The notes: generated by a model not told the origin, from the sequence alone. A stretch of 63,959 nt of DNA, filler included, from Octopus bimaculoides (GCF_001194135.2; 7 parts of 6 records of this genome joined end to end with filler, not necessarily neighbours in it); one strand, 5' to 3'. Shown: positions 25,752 to 39,013, numbered from the whole stretch's first letter. A program made the numbers and translations.

Positions 25752-27261
25752 GAATAAAGGTAGAAAGAGAGAGAGGGTGAAATGAGAGAAATACTGAGTA
25801 ATATATTAACCCCTGTAGGATTAAGCCTTTCCGAATTAGTCGTTTGGGGAATTATGCGATTCGTAGTTATTTTACTTCGTCAGTGATCTGCATGCTTGAC
25901 TTGAAACTGCGTGTGAGTATTGCTGCATTATAAACTTCACAAACCCGGTCTGCAGTGAACTTCATGTAGTTTTCGTTTTTTCTTTCCCTTTTTAACGAAG
26001 GAATGTTTGAAATTTCTTTCAGAAAATGTACAAATAGTCACAAGGTCTCTAATGTGTAATGCGCAATGTTTAGAAGGAGGGATATAGACGTTCCGGTAGC
26101 TTAAAATAAGCTAGTATATGTTCGATGAGAACAGTGTAAAGCGGCGAGATTATATCATATTTTTCTGTAAGACACAGTGATAAGAGCTGGTACTTTGTAT
26201 GATATTGCCTACATATCATTCACGGTGTCTCATCTAACTCTTGAATTACAAATATATCTAGGGAAAATAGGGCAGTGTTGTTCAAGGCTTTGGCAACAGA
26301 ATGAAAGCTTGTGTAGGAGTAGGCGAAATGTGATTTACTCTTTTAAGCAATCTATGTAATCTGTAGTGTTTGAAGGAAGATACCAGCACGGTAGATATAT
26401 TTGCTATCACACTGAGACGCATTCTTCTTGGCAATTCGGTCTTTAGAAAATGAAGTTCTATTTTTCGATATGAAATGTTGGTTGAATTTGTTTCTAGATT
26501 GATGGCAATAAATTTGCCTTGTAATATTTAATAACATCGAACATATACTGTAGTCAGTTGTTGCTCACATTTAAGTTGTTACTTTAAACATCAGGGGAAA
26601 TATTTTAATGGCTGGAACAAATTGCTTATCAGATATTGAGAATACTTGGCAGCACTGTTTTTCCATCAATATGTATTTCTTTTCCTAGGAATATGACGGC
26701 AGCTACTTATGGATAAAATGTATTAATTCGTTTGTAATATGGGCTACGTGTTAGAATCATGCTATAGTACACCTGGTCCCATTTACATATTGTTTTATCG
26801 ATCTCTAATATTTTCATTTCCCTGATACATAAAACGGAGTGGTTAATTATTTAGTGGAACCACTTATTGTGTGTATAAACATGCATACATGCATACATAC
26901 AAACATATATATATATATGTATGTATATATACACATGCACTCATAAACACCCACCCATACACGCTTTCTTCCTATATGTCTGTCTTTCTCTCTCTCTGAC
27001 GCACACACAGGCACACTACCGTTCCCCANNNNNNNNNNNNNNNNNNNNNNNNNNNNNNNNNNNNNNNNNNNNNNNNNNNNNNNNNNNNNTATATATATAT
27101 ATGTATATATATATTTATATATACATATATATATATATGTATGTATATATACACATGCACTCATAAACACCCACCCATACACGCTTTCTTCCTATATGTC
27201 TGTCTTTCTCTCTCTCTGACGCACACACAGGCACACTACCGTTCCCCACCACACGCACTTA

Positions 27262-27860
27262 TATATATAAAGTGCATTTCAAATGCTTTGTCATTTCTTT
27301 CAGGAGAGACATTTATTTAATAATTTCAAATACGTACAAAACTCTAATCTCCTTCAAATAGGATCCTCTGACTTCATTCCACCTGTTGTAGCTCTCCAGC
27401 CATTACGTGAATTCCACCACTAAAGTCCTCCAAAGTGAAGTTATCCAATAACTCCTTCATGTTCTCCTCCAGCTTAAGGAACAACAAGAAGTCAAAGGAA
27501 GCAGAACCTGGACTATATGGGGACAGTTTTGATGCACATCACTGTGAATTACTTGATTACTACCCGAACTTCTAGAAAACCTCCACAAAGTACTTTCTTG
27601 ACCATCTGGCCAGAGGGAAACCAGTAGACGTAAATGATGTTCTTATTGTGGAAAAAGTGAATCTTCGTGAGCTTCCCAGTGGACTTGCTTTGCTTGGCCT
27701 GTTGTTCCAGCGAAAAGCAGATGCCCAACTCATACAAGTTAATGCACAAGCGGTCTGGAAGGTTTCATAAGATTGTATACTGTTTGTGCCTAGTTTAGCA
27801 CAAAACTTTGTTGCATAGTGAGCTTGCGAATTATCTTTCTCTTCCGACTGAATTCTGGAA
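27262..27860 (-). mobile_element. Mariner transposase C-terminal relic
   Basis: Minus-strand FFHNKNIIYVYWFPSGQMVKK, SPYSPGSASFDFLLFLKLEE (YSPDLAP.D motif) and YNRWNEVRGSYLK. Confidence 0.75.
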
Positions 27861-27968
27861 ACTCATCGCCTGTGACAAGCAGTGTTTAATAGGGTGTGTT
27901 CAAGGTGTTGTTACCGCCGTCTCCGTCAGTTTGGAATAACAAAAGCTTGCAAGTCAGCTTATTATATG

Positions 27969-28883
27969 TACGAGGTGGTACCCAAAAGTAACCGGAAACG
28001 TTCTCTGTGGGACAAACCCATGGTAGTTCAGGTTTTGTCCGCTAGAAACCTCTTAATACAACCTTTAGACATCATTCTGCCACCCGTCATTGTCCACTGA
28101 AGTAATAATGCCCCATGGTGCGTCTTTATTTTGCAGTTCGTCGATTTTTGCGATGGCTGAATCGAAGGAACAGCGTGCTTCTGTGGAATTCAGTTTCTGC
28201 TGGGGAAAACGGTGGCCAAAACAGTTGAGATGCTTCAAACAGCTTCAAACGCTAGCATGAGAAGAACACAAGTTTACGAGGGGTTTTCACGCTTTAGGAA
28301 TGGCCACTTGTCGCTTGAGGACCAACCTCGTTGAGGTTGACTGCTGAGCTACCGAACGAATGAAAACATTACGAAAATTCATGAACTGATCTTAGAGAGC
28401 TGTCACCGAACAACTGACGAACTTGTTGATATGACAGGTGTATCCTGGAGCTCCAGCCAGCAAATTTGACCGTGGAATTGAGAATCAAAAGAGTTGCCAC
28501 AAATTTTGAGCCTCACTTGCTCACGGAAGATCAAATGGAGTCACGACTGAATGCGTGTCGTTTACTGAAAAAAAAAAAAAAAACAGTTGGAAATTGATCC
28601 GGGCCTTTTTACAAAGGTTATCACTGGTGATGAAAGCTGGTGCTACAGAATTTGCCGATGTGGAAATGGTTAAGACAAAAAAAAAAAAAAGAAAAAAAAG
28701 CAACAGAAGCTTTAGAAGGCCTTGCAAGAGTTCCAGGACTGTTTGATCTGTGGAAAATGAGTCTGGACCGATGTTTTGCTTCAAATGGAGAATACTTTAA
28801 AGACGTTGAAAGTGTAGACATGTAAATATTACAGAATAAGATAATATTGAAAAATTCCAGTTTCTTTTTGACACCCCATAGTA
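27969..28883 (+). mobile_element. Internally deleted mariner element with both TIRs and TA flanks
   Basis: Left tacgaggtggtacccaaaagtaaccggaa versus right (rc) tactatggggtgtcaaaaagaaactggaa; MAESKEQRASVEF, TGDESWCY-like catalytic motif across a frameshift, CFASNGEYF at the end. Confidence 0.8.
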
Positions 28884-31231
28884 TAGTAATGATATAAGAA
28901 AATTACAATTATGCTGGACAATTACAACCTCTCTTAAAAAAAGTTTCAAGGCTTCAAGAATGCACTTCTTACATATATACATACACACACATAGATGTGC
29001 ATGTGTGTGTGTGCATGTGTGTGTATGCCAATGTGTATGCATATATCGTTGTTATTACTTTCGAATCAACGATGATTTTCCACCCGATTTAAATTCTATG
29101 GTCCAATATGTGATTATCTAGAATGCAAGGCCAACGGGTCTTGTCATTGACAAAGTATTAAAGTTTGCAAGGAGAGGTACAACTTATGGCTATAATCTTT
29201 GTCACGTTTCACATTGGTATAAGAGGCGAGTCACTTGGCATCTATATCATATGTATGTTTCCTTGTTTTCATATTGCCGCCACCTTATACAAGCAACTTA
29301 AGTATTGGCACATTTATGTGATGTTACATCTCCACACAAGCATCTATTCTATGAAAGGGAACTTCCCAGATTTTGGAAATTTTCTATATTCCCACCATCT
29401 ATCAACGTAACTAAATGAATGCTGATGCACAATCTTCATTTTGCGTATGTTAAGCATTAGACCCATGCTATTATAAGCGTCAAAAAAGATATTAGTAATT
29501 GCCTGAAATTCTTCCACTTATTGTGGAATCAACGTCATGAGATTTACCTACATACCTACATACATACACACGTGCGCGCGTGCGCACAAATACACACACA
29601 CACACATACATATAAGTATTATCAAGTTGTACACGTGTAAATGTTCTGGTTTATTTTTATCTCTTTTCAGTAACTCTTAATGTTTTTGCTTCAAACTTTA
29701 ATGCACTTTTTTTTCCTTTGATCCATTTTGTCTTTTTACAGTTATTCTTATTCATCTTTCTACCAGTCACTCCGAATCATTGTTCTCTCTAACTCAATTT
29801 CATACTTCATTATTCTTTTCGTCTTTATATATTTCCCCACCGACTTTCACCCCTTCACAGACGCACAGACACACACTCATTTTGTTATCTTACGCGATTT
29901 CTTCCTTTAATTCTATCTCCGTGATAGTCTTACTTGACTTTTCTCTCAATCTCTTTGTCATTTACTGTCTATGCTGCAATTATTTTATCTCCTTACCGTT
30001 CTGATTCCATGAGTCTATTGTAGACCTATATATTTTTCTTTTCTTTCGCTCTTCTTTTCTGCTTTTCTTTTTTTCCTTTTTGTTTGCAAATTTTTCTTTC
30101 GCTATCCTTTTTTTTTCTGTTACAAATTTGTTTTCCAATCGCTTCCTATATTCCATTGTCTGGTCGCTGAGAGCTGGCTATTTCTCTCTATTACTTTGTC
30201 AGACTCCCAACTCTGAATCACTTCTCTTTATACTACTTCTTATATTTTTCATCTCTCTCTCTCCCGCTCAGGTGCTGTTGTTTTGTTTCAGCTTTACCGA
30301 TAGGAATAAACCAGCCCCCAAAATAGTTTACACTTGACTTAAGAGTATTATGTACATATATTTTTATACGCACACATAAATACTCACAGATTACATATAG
30401 TACAATGGTTGTTCTGATGATAGTGTAAAAGTGGGCATAACTTTCATTACTTTCATTACTTTCATTACTTTCATTAACTTTCATAGGTCGTTCAAATTGC
30501 GCACGTTGCGCTATTGCTGAAACCACACTTGAATCCTATTTAAAATATAAGTTGGCATCTTTGTACACACTTGTTCACAGTCACGTTCACCTCACCTGTG
30601 TCATTAGAACGTTATCTCCAAGACGATTCTTTAGCGGAAAAAAAAAAAAAAACAGGGAGAAAGTCAGAAGGCGCCGGATCCGGGAACCTGACTAGTCTAA
30701 CTTTTGGATTGCTTTACTTCGTTGCAAAGTTGTATTAGATCACGCATTGTTTGGGTGGATGTATGTAGTTTTCTGAAACTTTTACGATTTCTTTCCCCTA
30801 ATAGCTTCTCATCTTAGTGACTAAACTTATCATGCGTTGTTCCCGGGATAGCGACGCACCATAAAATTAAGGAGAATGAAGTCATATGTCAANNNNNNNN
30901 NNNNNNNNNNNNNNNNNNNNNNNNNNNNNNNNNNNNNNNNNNNNNNNNNNNNNNNNNNNNNNNNNNNNNNNNNNNNNNNNNNNNNNNNNNNNNNNNNNNN
31001 NNNNNNNNNNNNNNNNNNNNNNNNNNNNNNNNNNNNNNNNNNNNNNNNNNNNNNNNNNNNNNNNNNNNNNNNNNNNNNNNNNNNNNNNNNNNNNNNNNNN
31101 NNNNNNNNNNNNNNNNNNNNNNNNNNNNNNNNNNNNNNNNNNNNNNNNNNNNNNNNNNNNNNNNNNNNNNNNNNNNNNNNNNNNNNNNNNNNNNNNNNNN
31201 NNNNNNNNNNNNNNNNNNNNNNNNNNNNNNN

Positions 31232-31271
<40 letters not shown>

Positions 31272-31634
31272 TTTTACTTGTTTCAGTCATTTGACTGCGG
31301 CCATGCTGGGGCACCGCTTTAAAGAGTTTTAGCCGAAGAAATCGACTCCAAGACTTATTCTTGTGAGCCTAGTACTTATTATATCGAACTCTTTTTACCG
31401 AATCGCTACGTTACGGAGACATAAACACGCCAACATCGGTTGTGAAGCGGTAGTGGGGGGATAAACACAGACACATAACTATATCCATATTCAGTTTCCG
31501 TCTACCAAATCAACTCACAAGGGATTGGTCAGCTCGAGGGAATAGTAGAAGGCACCTGACCAAGGTGCCACGCAGTGGGGCTGAACCTGGGATCGTGTGG
31601 TTGGGAGGCAAGCTTGTTACCACACAGCCACGCC
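31272..31634 (-). mobile_element. tRNA-derived SINE, family A, nearly full length
   Basis: Reverse complement is colinear with 55595-55991 from head (ccacacagccac) to tail (ttttacttgtttcagtcatttgactgcggccatgctgg). Confidence 0.85.
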
Positions 31635-32538
31635 AACTTTTCAGGATTCGAAAAAAATATGGTATTTAAATAGTAACGTCACCAAAACAGAAACAGGGAT
31701 AGTGCGCCTGTGTACCGGCAATGTATACTGACACATACTAAACAGAATACGGATTTGCCCTTCCAGTTATGCATACACTCACAAGTAATTGACTGATTCC
31801 ACAACGTGTTATCAAAGTTCGGTGTACACTCCTGTTTGCAAGAAGTTCTTTTTGTTAATTCTTAGAAGTATTCACCTAATGAAAACTTTTTCTCTTTGCA
31901 AGCACTTTCTTTAATTATATCACTGTGATAGTCTTACTTTTGTTCATCAATAAAAAATACGTCTGAAACAGCTGCAGTGAACCGTGACCCATCTGTGTAT
32001 ATAAAATATACTTTGACAGTTACAGTTACAAATGCTATATTGTTCTATCTGACATGTTTATAGCTCACATTGTGGAAGTACACATCTCTCTTCTTTAAAC
32101 GCTATCATCATGTAAAGGGAAAAACGACTTGTGTAGATTGAATTAATTCTGGAAGTCACTGATTATGATCTCACTAATACTAAGGGATTATGCAAATTAG
32201 GTATATGTATTTGCATATATAATATATTCCTAGTGCATTTACTTACACACACGCACAGACATGTTTACACAAACACATATAGCTGTGTTATGAATGACAA
32301 CAAAAGCAACAACATAAATGTATGACACAAGTAAGAGTTTCACTGTTCTATATTGTACATTCATAGAATATTAGCCAATAATTTACGTATCGTCTGGTGT
32401 AAATATGACGTCTTTATAAGCAATTTTATCTTAGACAGAAAAGAGGAGACAGTCAGAGTAGCTTGAAATCACACATTAAGATATAATCACCGAAGTTGAA
32501 TCATTTTTTTAAATATCCAAATATAACGCACTTATAAA

Positions 32539-32595
<57 letters not shown>

Positions 32596-32596
32596 G

Positions 32597-32651
<55 letters not shown>

Positions 32652-32774
32652 CACTGAGTAGATCAGAGAACTTCGTTTTCTTATATTTAACAATAATTGT
32701 TCGAACCATACCTTTGAGATGTACATGAATATATAGTATATGCGTTTTCGTATACATAGATTTTTTTCTTAAAG

Positions 32775-32819
<45 letters not shown>

Positions 32820-32890
32820 NNNNNNNNNNNNNNNNNNNNNNNNNNNNNNNNNNNNNNNNNNNNNNNNNNNNNNNNNNNNNNNNNNNNNNN

Positions 32891-33182
32891 AACGTGGAGT
32901 AGATGGACAGGGACAACTGAAGAAGGGAAATATTCTTTATGCTGCATGTCTCGTTTCTATGTTTTTTTTTCGTTGTTCGAAAAAAGTTCATTTTCTGTTT
33001 TCGTTTCTCATTGTGTTTAACATTTTTTTATTATGTCCTGTACCCATATATGCATGTATGTATACATATAGATGTAGGTATGTCCATATATGTATGGATA
33101 TATGCATATATCTATATATTATTTATATTTATTATATGATCGGACGACACCCAGCCTTCTCCAAGTAAGTTTTTAATCTTAA
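32891..33182 (+). repeat. Unclassified repeat family X, copy 2
   Basis: Starts at a gap edge: aacgtggagtagatggacagggacaactgaagaagggaaatattctttatg; ends ccttctccaagtaagtttttaatctta. Confidence 0.85.
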
Positions 33183-33221
33183 TTATTATTATGCGCAATC
33201 TACTACTATTACTATTACTTT

Positions 33222-33297
<76 letters not shown>

Positions 33298-33676
33298 CAT
33301 CCTTTCTGTGTTTCTCTCCCACCCTTTCCCTATTCTTCTCTCCATTTCACCGTTTCCTCTCTCTGTCTCACTCTTCCTCCTTGACCCTCTCGTCGCTGAC
33401 ACATGACGAAAGCGATTCTTTCTTTCTATCTATTGGCTTCTTATAGAGAAGACGTGATTTTTCTGTCTCGTGTCTCTTCTCTCATTCACGTCTACTAGCG
33501 TTCAAAAATATAATAATTTTCCTATCGTATTGGCCTAACAACCCTTATTGTTTTATTTTTACTGTCGCACTGTCCTGTTCTTGTTAACACTTTCACCCTC
33601 CGCAAAAAATTCCAAATTTTATTTAGTTTGCTTTGCGGGAAGGACTTTTCCAACGAAGTCATGTATTGTCCTTCCT

Positions 33677-33970
33677 TTCGAAACGCGGAGTAGATGGAAG
33701 GGACAACTGATGAAGGGAAATATTCTTTATGTTGCATGTCTCGTTTCTCTGTTTTCTTCGTTGTTCGAAAAAAAAAGTTCGTTTTCTGTTTTCGTTTCTC
33801 ATTGTGTTTAACGTTTTTTTGGATGTCCTGTATCCATATATGCATGTATGTATACATATAGACGTAGTTATGTACATATATGTATGGATATATGCATATA
33901 TTTATATATTATCTATATTATTATATGATCGAATGACACGCATCCTTCTCCAAGTAAGTTTTAATCTTAT
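33677..33970 (+). repeat. Unclassified repeat family X, copy 3 (direct repeat of copy 2)
   Basis: ttcgaaacgcggagtagatggaagggacaactgatgaagggaaatattctttatgttgcatgtctcg...ccttctccaagtaagtttttaatctta. Confidence 0.85.
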
Positions 33971-34323
33971 GTATATATATATATATNNNNNNNNNNNNNN
34001 NNNNNNNNNNNNNNNNNNNNNNNNNNNNNNNNNNNNNNNNNNNNNNNNNNNNNNNNNNNNNNNNNNNNNNNNNNNNNNNNNNNNNNNNNNNNNNNNNNNN
34101 NNNNNNNNNNNNNNNNNNNNNNNNNNNNNNNNNNNNNNNNNNNNNNNNNNNNNNNNNNNNNNNNNNNNNNNNNNNNNNNNNNNNNNNNNNNNNNNNNNNN
34201 NNNNNNNNNNNNNNNNNNNNNNNNNNNNNNNNNNNNNNNNNNNNNNNNNNNNNNNNNNNNNNNNNNNNNNNNNNNNNNNNNNNNNNNNNNNNNNNNNNNN
34301 NNNNNNNNNNNNNNNNNNNNNNN

Positions 34324-34930
34324 TAATATTATTAAAAATTTGGGATTTTACCAATAGAACCGCAACTCTCTTTTCGGGATAACCTTATTGTATGGAATAC
34401 ACATAGAAAGTTATATCCAATAAAATAATATAAGCATTTAAAAACCACCTATAAAATACAATAAAATCATTTGAAAACATATTTGAAAAATATATATAAC
34501 TTACTTGTTATTAGTCTGTGGGGAAAGCCTAATATATTTGTAATTTATATATTTTTATTATATTTAATATGGCTTATAATATCTATTTTTTATTTTGATC
34601 CGTTAATAATAATAACAATAAGATAAATAGCCTGAGGATACACCGGTGGATTTATGTATTAGGTATAGCCTTGATAAACACCCCACCAGCGCAGAAATAT
34701 GTGTAGCGCTGATTAAAAAAATATTTTTCCCCCACAGACTAATAACAGGCAAGTTATATATATTTTTCAAATATTTTTCAAACGATTTTATTGTATTTTA
34801 TAGAAGGTTTTTTTAAATGCTTATATATTTTATTGGATATAACTTCCTATATGTATTCGATACAGTAAGGTTATCCTGAAAAGGGAGTTACGGTTCTATT
34901 GGTAAAATCCCAAATATGTAATAATATATT
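34324..34930. mobile_element. Foldback/MITE-like element with ~200-bp imperfect terminal inverted repeats
   Basis: Left arm 34324-34526 (tttgggattttaccaatagaaccg...ttattagtctgtggggaaa) is the reverse complement of the right arm 34726-34930 (tttccccacagactaataa...cggttctattggtaaaatcccaaa). Confidence 0.85.
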
Positions 34931-35236
34931 ATAAATGATACTGTTTACATTGCATTAGTAAAGTGTAAAATAGTAAATGTCCTGATAACCTGGAATACTT
35001 ATTATTCCCTAAGATTTTCAATATATATANNNNNNNNNNNNNNNNNNNNNNNNNNNNNNNNNNNNNNNNNNNNNNNNNNNNNNNNNNNNNNNNNNNNNNN
35101 NNNNNNNNNNNNNNNNNNNNNNNNNNNNNNNNNNNNNNNNNNNNNNNNNNNNNNNNNNNNNNNNNNNNNNNNNNNNNNNNNNNNNNNNNNNNNNNNNNNN
35201 NNNNNNNNNNNNNNNNNNNNNNNNNNNNNNATATAT

Positions 35237-35394
35237 GGCGAGCTTCTTTCAGCTTCCGTCCACAAAACCCACTCACAAGGCTTTGGTCAGATCGAGCCTA
35301 TAGTAAAAGACACTTACTCAAAGTGATACGCAGTGGAACTGAACCCATAATCATGTGGTTGGAAAGCAAGCTTCTTACCATACAGCCACGCCTG
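35237..35394 (-). mobile_element. tRNA-derived SINE, family A, 5' half
   Basis: cttctttcagcttccg...actcacaaggctttggtc...cgcagtggaactgaaccc...gcttcttaccatacagccacgcctg. Confidence 0.8.
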
Positions 35395-35530
35395 ACAGAC
35401 ATACACGCGCTCACACACACACACACACACACATATTTATATATATACACACACATATATATATATTATAAATATATATATATATATAATATATATAGAT
35501 AGATATATGCATTCATGCATACATGCACAT

Positions 35531-35562
<32 letters not shown>

Positions 35563-35658
35563 TCAGATATGAATTAGAAGCATCGCATGTGGTGTATTCG
35601 CAGTCGACCCGTAAGCTAGAAAAGCACATACATTGTTCGAAACATATATATATATACA

Positions 35659-35710
<52 letters not shown>

Positions 35711-36510
35711 AGACAGAAAAGAACTGTAAGAGTCAAAAACAGTTTGTATAATAAAATTTATGGTGATATTAGAATCATATTATATCATTACATCATTACA
35801 AATTAAATAAATACCGATTGTCAACTTATATAGGGAAAACTTTTTTGTTGTCAGTAGAACGCCATCTTTGAAAAAAGTAAGTAGAGATGAAGCAATACGT
35901 CAAGGAGAGCAAATTTTATACACAGCTAATTATATTACTGTACTTGGTTTTAAAGATTAAGCAGTAAATTAACTGTGTATAAAATGAAATAACTCATGTA
36001 ACTGCAAGCTTGTCGAAAACACTGGACAGCTTCATGAAAACATAAGAGTTGCTACCTTTGACATATTGCTTCACCTCTGTTTACATTTTACAAAGATGGC
36101 GTCCTACTGACAGCAAAAAAGTTTTCTCTATATAAGTTGACATTCGTTGATCGTGAAACCGCTACTTATTTAATTTGTAATGCTGTAATGACGTAATCTG
36201 ATCCTAATATCACCATACATTTTATTATACAAACTTTCTGTGACTCTTATATTTCTTTTCATTCTTATATACCTATCCCTCGTGTATACATAACTTTCTA
36301 TTCTTCACTTTATATATATATATATATATCACTTAATGTATAGAATATACAGTTACGAGCTACTACAATCTAATCTGGGCAAGTTTTGATAACAAGTAAT
36401 TTTGTGTGCGTGAGCACTCAATCAATACAATTTACAAATAAGGAAGGCAGCACTCACGAGCGAAAAGAAGGTGGATGCAAAATTTGTAATTAGAGGACAC
36501 CACTCTCTTC

Positions 36511-36578
36511 GGATTCAGCGGTGCCTACTGATGAGGCTACGGAATTAACTGAAACTGACCGATCAGTATAGGGAATTC
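36511..36578 (+). ncRNA. Candidate type I hammerhead ribozyme with extended, bulged stem I
   Basis: CUGAUGA 36528-36534; GAAA 36551-36554; stem III ACUGA/UCAGU closing a CCGA loop; GUA triplet with predicted cleavage after 36568; stem I CCUA/UAGG continuing after a 7-nt bulge with GGAUUC/GAAUUC; stem II GGCUA/UAACU with one C-A mismatch and a G-U base. Confidence 0.75.
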
Positions 36579-37498
36579 TCGAAAGGTGCTTTCGGGCGAT
36601 TGCAGTCCTTGTCAGTACATATGTATACCATTATGTGCTTTAACACCAGTATTAGACCTTTTTAACTCTTATTTCTAGCAATGTAGATGTTCAAACACCC
36701 TAGTGATATTTAGTGATAATTATAGTTTCTTTTTTGGCAAGAAATTGCACATGGCTGTCTATATTGATTATATATATATTAATATGTGTGTGTGTGTGTG
36801 TGGATAGAGAGGGAAAGAGAGAGAGAGAGAGAGAGCACAGCAGGAGTGGAGGATATAAATGCAGAGAGAAATTATGAATAAAAAAAAGAAGGAATAAAAA
36901 CATAAGGGAGTGAGAAAAAAGAGGAATATAAGTAAGGTCATTTGACCGGTAGTATTAAATAGGACTGTTTTGGCCGAATGACAGAGATTAGTAAGGGGAG
37001 TATTTGAAAGAAGGAGCATGTGGAGGGAAGGGAGTGGGGAAATATTTGTGAAGAGGGAGAAAAAGTATCCATGAAGGGATGGGCAGCATTAGAAATGGAA
37101 ATCAAGAGAAAATGGGGAGGAATTGTAACGACTGCGACTGACTTTCAATTAAGGAATGTATATTCTTGTGTGTGGCAATCGTGTTTACAGTATGAAGTAG
37201 CAGAGGTTTATGTGGGCGTATGAACTTGTAAGTCTACAAAAGGATTAAGAGGGGTAGCCAGGTGAAGTAACAGAAAAAAAATTCATAAATGGTTAGGAAA
37301 GATAAAGAGAGAAGTATATAAACGGCAATATGGAAATAACGGGGGAAATAATGGGAATATAATGGTGGTTTAATATACTGTGGTAGTGAGTGTAAATAAT
37401 GGGGGAACTTTATGAAGGCTAGGGGGGAAATGCGGTGGGATTATCGTTATTTGTAATTTGAGAATAGATTTAGTGATCGATGGTTGCAGCTAAACAAT

Positions 37499-37540
<42 letters not shown>

Positions 37541-37640
37541 NNNNNNNNNNNNNNNNNNNNNNNNNNNNNNNNNNNNNNNNNNNNTTAATTAATTAANNNN
37601 NNNNNNNNNNNNNNNNNNNNNNNNNNNNNNNNNNNNNNNN

Positions 37641-37692
<52 letters not shown>

Positions 37693-37748
37693 CACATATG
37701 TGATCCAGATATTCTCTGTATAGAAGACACTTAGTAATGCTGAAAAGA

Positions 37749-37955
37749 TTAGACTCCGATGTCTTTACAAGTGATCATTCTACAAGGGTATAGAAAAGCT
37801 ATAAGAGAGATCAGGTTGAGCGGGTATAGAAGCAATTATGAAGATAAGCAAATTAGACACATCATATAATTGCTTCTATACTCGATCAACAGGATCCTTC
37901 TTATACTCTTTCTTTACCTTGTGAAATGATCCCCTGTAGAGACATTCGAGTCTAA
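37749..37955. mobile_element. Palindromic MITE-like element (~207 bp)
   Basis: ttagactccgatgtctttac...gttgagcgggtatagaagcaattat / ataattgcttctatactcgatcaac...gtagagacattcgagtctaa; ~22-nt loop. Confidence 0.8.
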
Positions 37956-37981
37956 GTTTGAATATTTTATATATACATACA

Positions 37982-39012
37982 TATTAGGTTGTCTGGAAAG
38001 TTCTGAGCGTCTTAAAGCTAAATCTTTTAACCCCTCATTGAGCACACCTGAAACGTAACACAGTTAAAAATTTGGCGTTGTTTGAAGTGGTAGTGCATCT
38101 CTTCTATGTTCCTGACTAAAAATAGATTTATCTTTCATTCTGATTACTTTTTATTAACATTTGAAATAGAGAACCAAAAATTTGACTTCCGCGCTGTAAT
38201 GCTTTTCTTTTTCTGAAAAAGGAGAAAATGCTGCAAAGACTTTCAAAAACATTTGTGAAGTTTATGGTGATGATAATGTAGGTGAATCAACTGTTCGAAA
38301 GTGATTTTCAAAATTAAAAACTGGAGAGTTTAGCTTGGAAGATGACAATCGCAGTGGAAGACCTTCAAAATTGGATGAAGATGTTTTGAAGGCAAAAATC
38401 GAAGAAAACTCAAATATCATGACTAGGAAACTTAGTGAAGCTAGAATACATTTCTCGTTATAGTGTATGAGCCCCTCACATGCCTTTTTTGAAACAACTT
38501 GAGACTGGAGCGGAAAAATGAATTGTGCATGAAAACGTTGTGCGAAAAAAGATTCTGGAGTTTGCGTAAAGATCTCCAAAACAGCAACCAAAGACGAATA
38601 TCCATGCCAAAAAAGTTATGCTTTGTGTTTGGTGGGATCATAAAGACATTATTTATTATGAGCTTCTCCCACAAAGCCAGACCATTAATGCTAGTGTGTA
38701 CTGTCGTCAGCTGGTTAATTTGAACCAAAAAATCAAAGAATTGAGGCCGGAGATTGCCAACAGGAAAAGGGTAGTGTTCCAAGACAATACCCAACCACAT
38801 GTGTCTTTAGCTACTCGAACAAAGTTACATGAACTTGGCTGGGATCTCTTACTCAATTCACGATATTCGCTTGATACTGAGCCATCCGACTGCCACTTGT
38901 TTTTGTCCCTACAGAACACATTGCAAGGAAAAGCATTTAAAGATTTAAATGGAGTCAAAAGGCATCTAGATAACTTTTTTTCTTCAAAATCAGTCAAATG
39001 CTATAGGAGGAA
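37982..39012 (+). mobile_element. Mariner element with left TIR, internal deletion and missing right end
   Basis: TIR-like tattaggttgtctggaaagttctg; KENAAKTFKNICEVYGDDNVGESTVRK, EDDNRSGRP, CVWWDHKDIIYYELLPQSQTIN, VFQDNTQPH, RYSLDTEPSDCHLFLSLQN. Confidence 0.85.
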
Positions 39013-39013
39013 C

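Noticed and set aside
25851-25888. Minus-strand CUGACGA-A-GUA...UAC-GAAU-CGCAUA, hammerhead-like
   Set aside because: GAAA is GAAU, the stem III palindrome is broken and stem I does not pair; at best a dead relic.
26910-27248. ~118-bp direct duplication on both sides of a gap
   Set aside because: Identical copies flanking an N run around a (TA)n tract indicate unmerged contig ends.
30440-30482. Tandem 9-bp unit ctttcatta
   Set aside because: Simple minisatellite without spacers; not CRISPR-like.
30530-30720. TATA-like tatttaaa followed by Inr-like cagtc and a CpG-richer stretch
   Set aside because: Such words are common in AT-rich DNA, and there is no downstream ORF or splice evidence.
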